A stretch of DNA of 64,000 nt from an uncultured Bacteroidaceae bacterium (GTDB taxonomy: Bacteria > Bacteroidota > Bacteroidia > Bacteroidales > GCA-2748055): NCBI GenBank assembly GCA_964563105.1, contig CAZLXM010000001.1, positions 61,622 through 125,621 on the forward strand, written 5' to 3'. The position numbers and the translations under genes are program-made. Below the pieces are notes generated by a model. That model saw only the letters and a program-made list of their open reading frames with translations, had not been told where the DNA came from and did no database searches. The number at the start of each line of letters is the position of its first letter. The stretch's first letter is position 1. Positions 61,810 through 64,000 of the stretch are shown here, piece after piece.

Positions 61810-64000
61810 ATGTCAAAAACTAAGCGTGTTTACACCTTTGGTGATAAAAAGGCTGAAGGTAAAGCAGATATGAAAAATCTGCTTGGAGGTAAAGGAGCTA
61901 ATTTAGCCGAAATGAACCTTCTTGGTATTCCTGTTCCTCCCGGATTTACCATCACAACAGAAGTATGTGCTGAATATAACAAATTTGGCAGGGATAAAGT
62001 GATCGAACTGATTAGAGCTGAAGTTGAAGAAGCGGTTAAGAATGTTGAAAAAATAATGGGTGCGAAATTTGGGTCTAATGAAAATCCTTGTTTGATGTCA
62101 GTAAGGTCTGGTGCCAGGGCTTCAATGCCTGGTATGATGGATACAATTCTTAATCTGGGAATGAATGATGAATCTGTTCAAAGTTTAATCAAAAAAACAG
62201 GAAATGCCAGATTTGCATGGGATTCATATCGTCGTTTTGTTCAGATGTATGGTGATGTTGTTTTAGGAATGAAACCTGAATCAAAAGAAGATGAGGATCC
62301 TTTTGAAGTAATAATTCATCAGTTGAAAGAAGAAAAAGGGATCGTTAATGATTCTGAACTTACGGCAGATGATTTTAAAGAATTGGTGAAAAGGTTTAAA
62401 GAAGCAGTTAAGGATCAAACTGGTAAAGATTTTCCTGCTGACGCATGGGAACAGTTATGGGGATCGGTTATGGCAGTATTTGAGAGCTGGAATAACCCGA
62501 GGGCTACCTATTACAGAAAAATAAACAATATTCCTGCTGAATGGGGTACAGCTGTTAACGTACAGGCAATGGTTTTCGGAAATATGGGCCAAACTTCAGG
62601 TACGGGTGTAGCATTTACCAGAGATGCAGGTACCGGAGAAAATATTTTTAACGGAGAATATCTAATTGATGCCCAGGGAGAAGACGTGGTTGCAGGAATT
62701 AGGACCCCCCAGCAGATTACCAAAGAAGGCTCATTAAGATGGGCTCAACTCGCAAAAGTTACTGAAGAAGAAAGAAAAGCTATATTCCCTTCACTGGAAG
62801 AAGCTTTACCTGAAGCTTATGCAGAATTATTTGCTATTCAGAAAAAGCTTGAAAAGCATTACAAAGATATGCAGGATATTGAATTTACCATTCAGGAAAA
62901 TAAACTCTGGATGCTACAGACCCGGAATGGTAAGCGTACAGGTACAGCAATGGTGAAAATTGCTATGGACATGGTAAAAGAGGGGATGATTGATGAGAAA
63001 ACAGCTCTTCTAAGATGTGATCCAATTAAATTAGACGAACTTTTACATCCGGTATTTGATGTGTCAGCAATTAAAAAAGCCCATGTCCTTGCTAAGGGGC
63101 TTCCCGCTTCTCCAGGTGCTGCAACCGGCCGTATCGTGTTCTTTGCCGATGAGGTAGAAGATTGGGTAAACAAAGGAAATAAAGTTGTTTTAGTTCGTAT
63201 TGAAACCTCACCCGAAGACCTTAAAGGTATGAATCTCGCTGAAGGTATACTTACTGCCAGAGGGGGAATGACATCTCATGCCGCTGTAGTTGCCAGGGGA
63301 ATGGGTAAATGTTGTGTATCCGGTGCGGGATCAATTAAAGTGGATTACAGGGCAAGAACTATGGCAGTTGATGGTAAAATAATGAAAGAAGGAGATTGGT
63401 TGTCACTAAATGGTTCACTTGGAGAAGTATATGATGGACAAATAAAAACTATAGATCCTGAATTAAGTGGTGATTTCGGTGAATTAATGTCTATAGTAGA
63501 TAAATATGCAAAACTTAAGGTCAGAACAAATGCTGATACTCCCAAAGACAGTGAAATAGCCAGAAATTTTGGTGCTACCGGAATAGGGCTCTGCCGTACA
63601 GAACATATGTTCTTTGAAGGTGACAGAATTAAAGCAATGAGAGAAATGATTCTTGCATCTGATGAAGCAGGCAGAAGAAAAGCCCTTGAAAAACTGTTGC
63701 CAATCCAACGCAAAGACTTTGAAGAAATCTTTGAAGCAATGAGTGGATTGCCTGTAACAGTAAGATTACTTGATCCGCCCCTGCATGAATTTGTGCCCCA
63801 TGAAACAGCTAATCAAAAAGAAATGGCTCATGAAATGGGAATTACACTTGAAGAAGTAAAAGCCAAAGTTGACAGCCTCCATGAAATTAATCCTATGTTA
63901 GGACATCGTGGTTGCAGACTTGGAAATACATATCCGGAAATTACTGAAATGCAGGCCAGGGCAATTATTGAAGCCGCACTCAACCTAAAGGCCAGAGAAG
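61810..64000 (+). CDS. ppdK: Pyruvate, phosphate dikinase (N-terminal about 730 codons; continues beyond the right edge)
   Basis: I translated from the ATG at 61810: [53 protein letters not shown]. The phosphohistidine block [13 protein letters not shown] lies near 63260-63300. The frame is open to the window end, so it is absent from the ORF track. Confidence 0.95.
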   Translation, partial: MSKTKRVYTFGDKKAEGKADMKNLLGGKGANLAEMNLLGIPVPPGFTITTEVCAEYNKFGRDKVIELIRAEVEEAVKNVEKIMGAKFGSNENPCLMSVRSGARASMPGMMDTILNLGMNDESVQSLIKKTGNARFAWDSYRRFVQMYGDVVLGMKPESKEDEDPFEVIIHQLKEEKGIVNDSELTADDFKELVKRFKEAVKDQTGKDFPADAWEQLWGSVMAVFESWNNPRATYYRKINNIPAEWGTAVNVQAMVFGNMGQTSGTGVAFTRDAGTGENIFNGEYLIDAQGEDVVAGIRTPQQITKEGSLRWAQLAKVTEEERKAIFPSLEEALPEAYAELFAIQKKLEKHYKDMQDIEFTIQENKLWMLQTRNGKRTGTAMVKIAMDMVKEGMIDEKTALLRCDPIKLDELLHPVFDVSAIKKAHVLAKGLPASPGAATGRIVFFADEVEDWVNKGNKVVLVRIETSPEDLKGMNLAEGILTARGGMTSHAAVVARGMGKCCVSGAGSIKVDYRARTMAVDGKIMKEGDWLSLNGSLGEVYDGQIKTIDPELSGDFGELMSIVDKYAKLKVRTNADTPKDSEIARNFGATGIGLCRTEHMFFEGDRIKAMREMILASDEAGRRKALEKLLPIQRKDFEEIFEAMSGLPVTVRLLDPPLHEFVPHETANQKEMAHEMGITLEEVKAKVDSLHEINPMLGHRGCRLGNTYPEITEMQARAIIEAALNLKARE

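Noticed and set aside
62511-63713. Track ORFs on the minus strand (62511-62723, 62892-63173, 63345-63713, 63484-63708).
   Set aside because: They lie entirely antisense within the clearly recognisable ppdK reading frame. Their low-complexity S/P/A-rich translations are typical of antisense frames.

Overview
This is a 64-kb low-GC chromosomal segment that reads as Bacteroidota. The lineage call rests on a T9SS C-terminal sorting domain, many lipoprotein signal peptides, TAnnTTTG -7 promoter motifs and mostly SD-less start sites. It carries about 55 protein genes, and most are core housekeeping: dnaA, dnaX, ligA, secA, ffh, argS, rny, zapA, pyrB/pyrI, rpsF-rpsR-rplI, icd, ferritin, dapA, folD, aroE, truA, xerD, an LptD-like gene, a cell-wall amidase, mlaD, and a ppdK that runs off the right edge. 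A PfkB-type kinase runs off the left edge. I found no rRNA, tRNA, CRISPR array, transposase, prophage or recognisable defence genes.

Three blocks look accessory or unusual:
- 1-12755: an AraC-controlled locus without SusC/D. It combines a DegT-type aminotransferase, a Gfo/Idh/MocA dehydrogenase, a PIG-L deacetylase, a NagB-like enzyme, a kinase, a Na+/solute symporter and four exported hydrolase or binding proteins. I read it as a candidate catabolic route for an unusual amino sugar, aminocyclitol or acylated glycoconjugate.
- 42052-48516: a lipoprotein, then a serine protease-fasciclin-T9SS fusion gene translationally coupled to a BtuF/FhuD-type ABC importer.
- 53348-57217: a tightly coupled TPR / phosphosulfolactate synthase-like / DUF368 / aroE operon.

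Non-coding candidates:
- a 6S-like structured RNA between zapA and rny;
- an E. coli-type A_AAA_AAG slippery site inside an A10 run in dnaX;
- a sigma-54-like promoter driving a repeat-rich roughly 115-nt transcript that ends at a perfect 12-bp terminator upstream of argS.

All function calls rest on motif recognition from memory. No database search was possible, so novelty cannot be established from this window alone.
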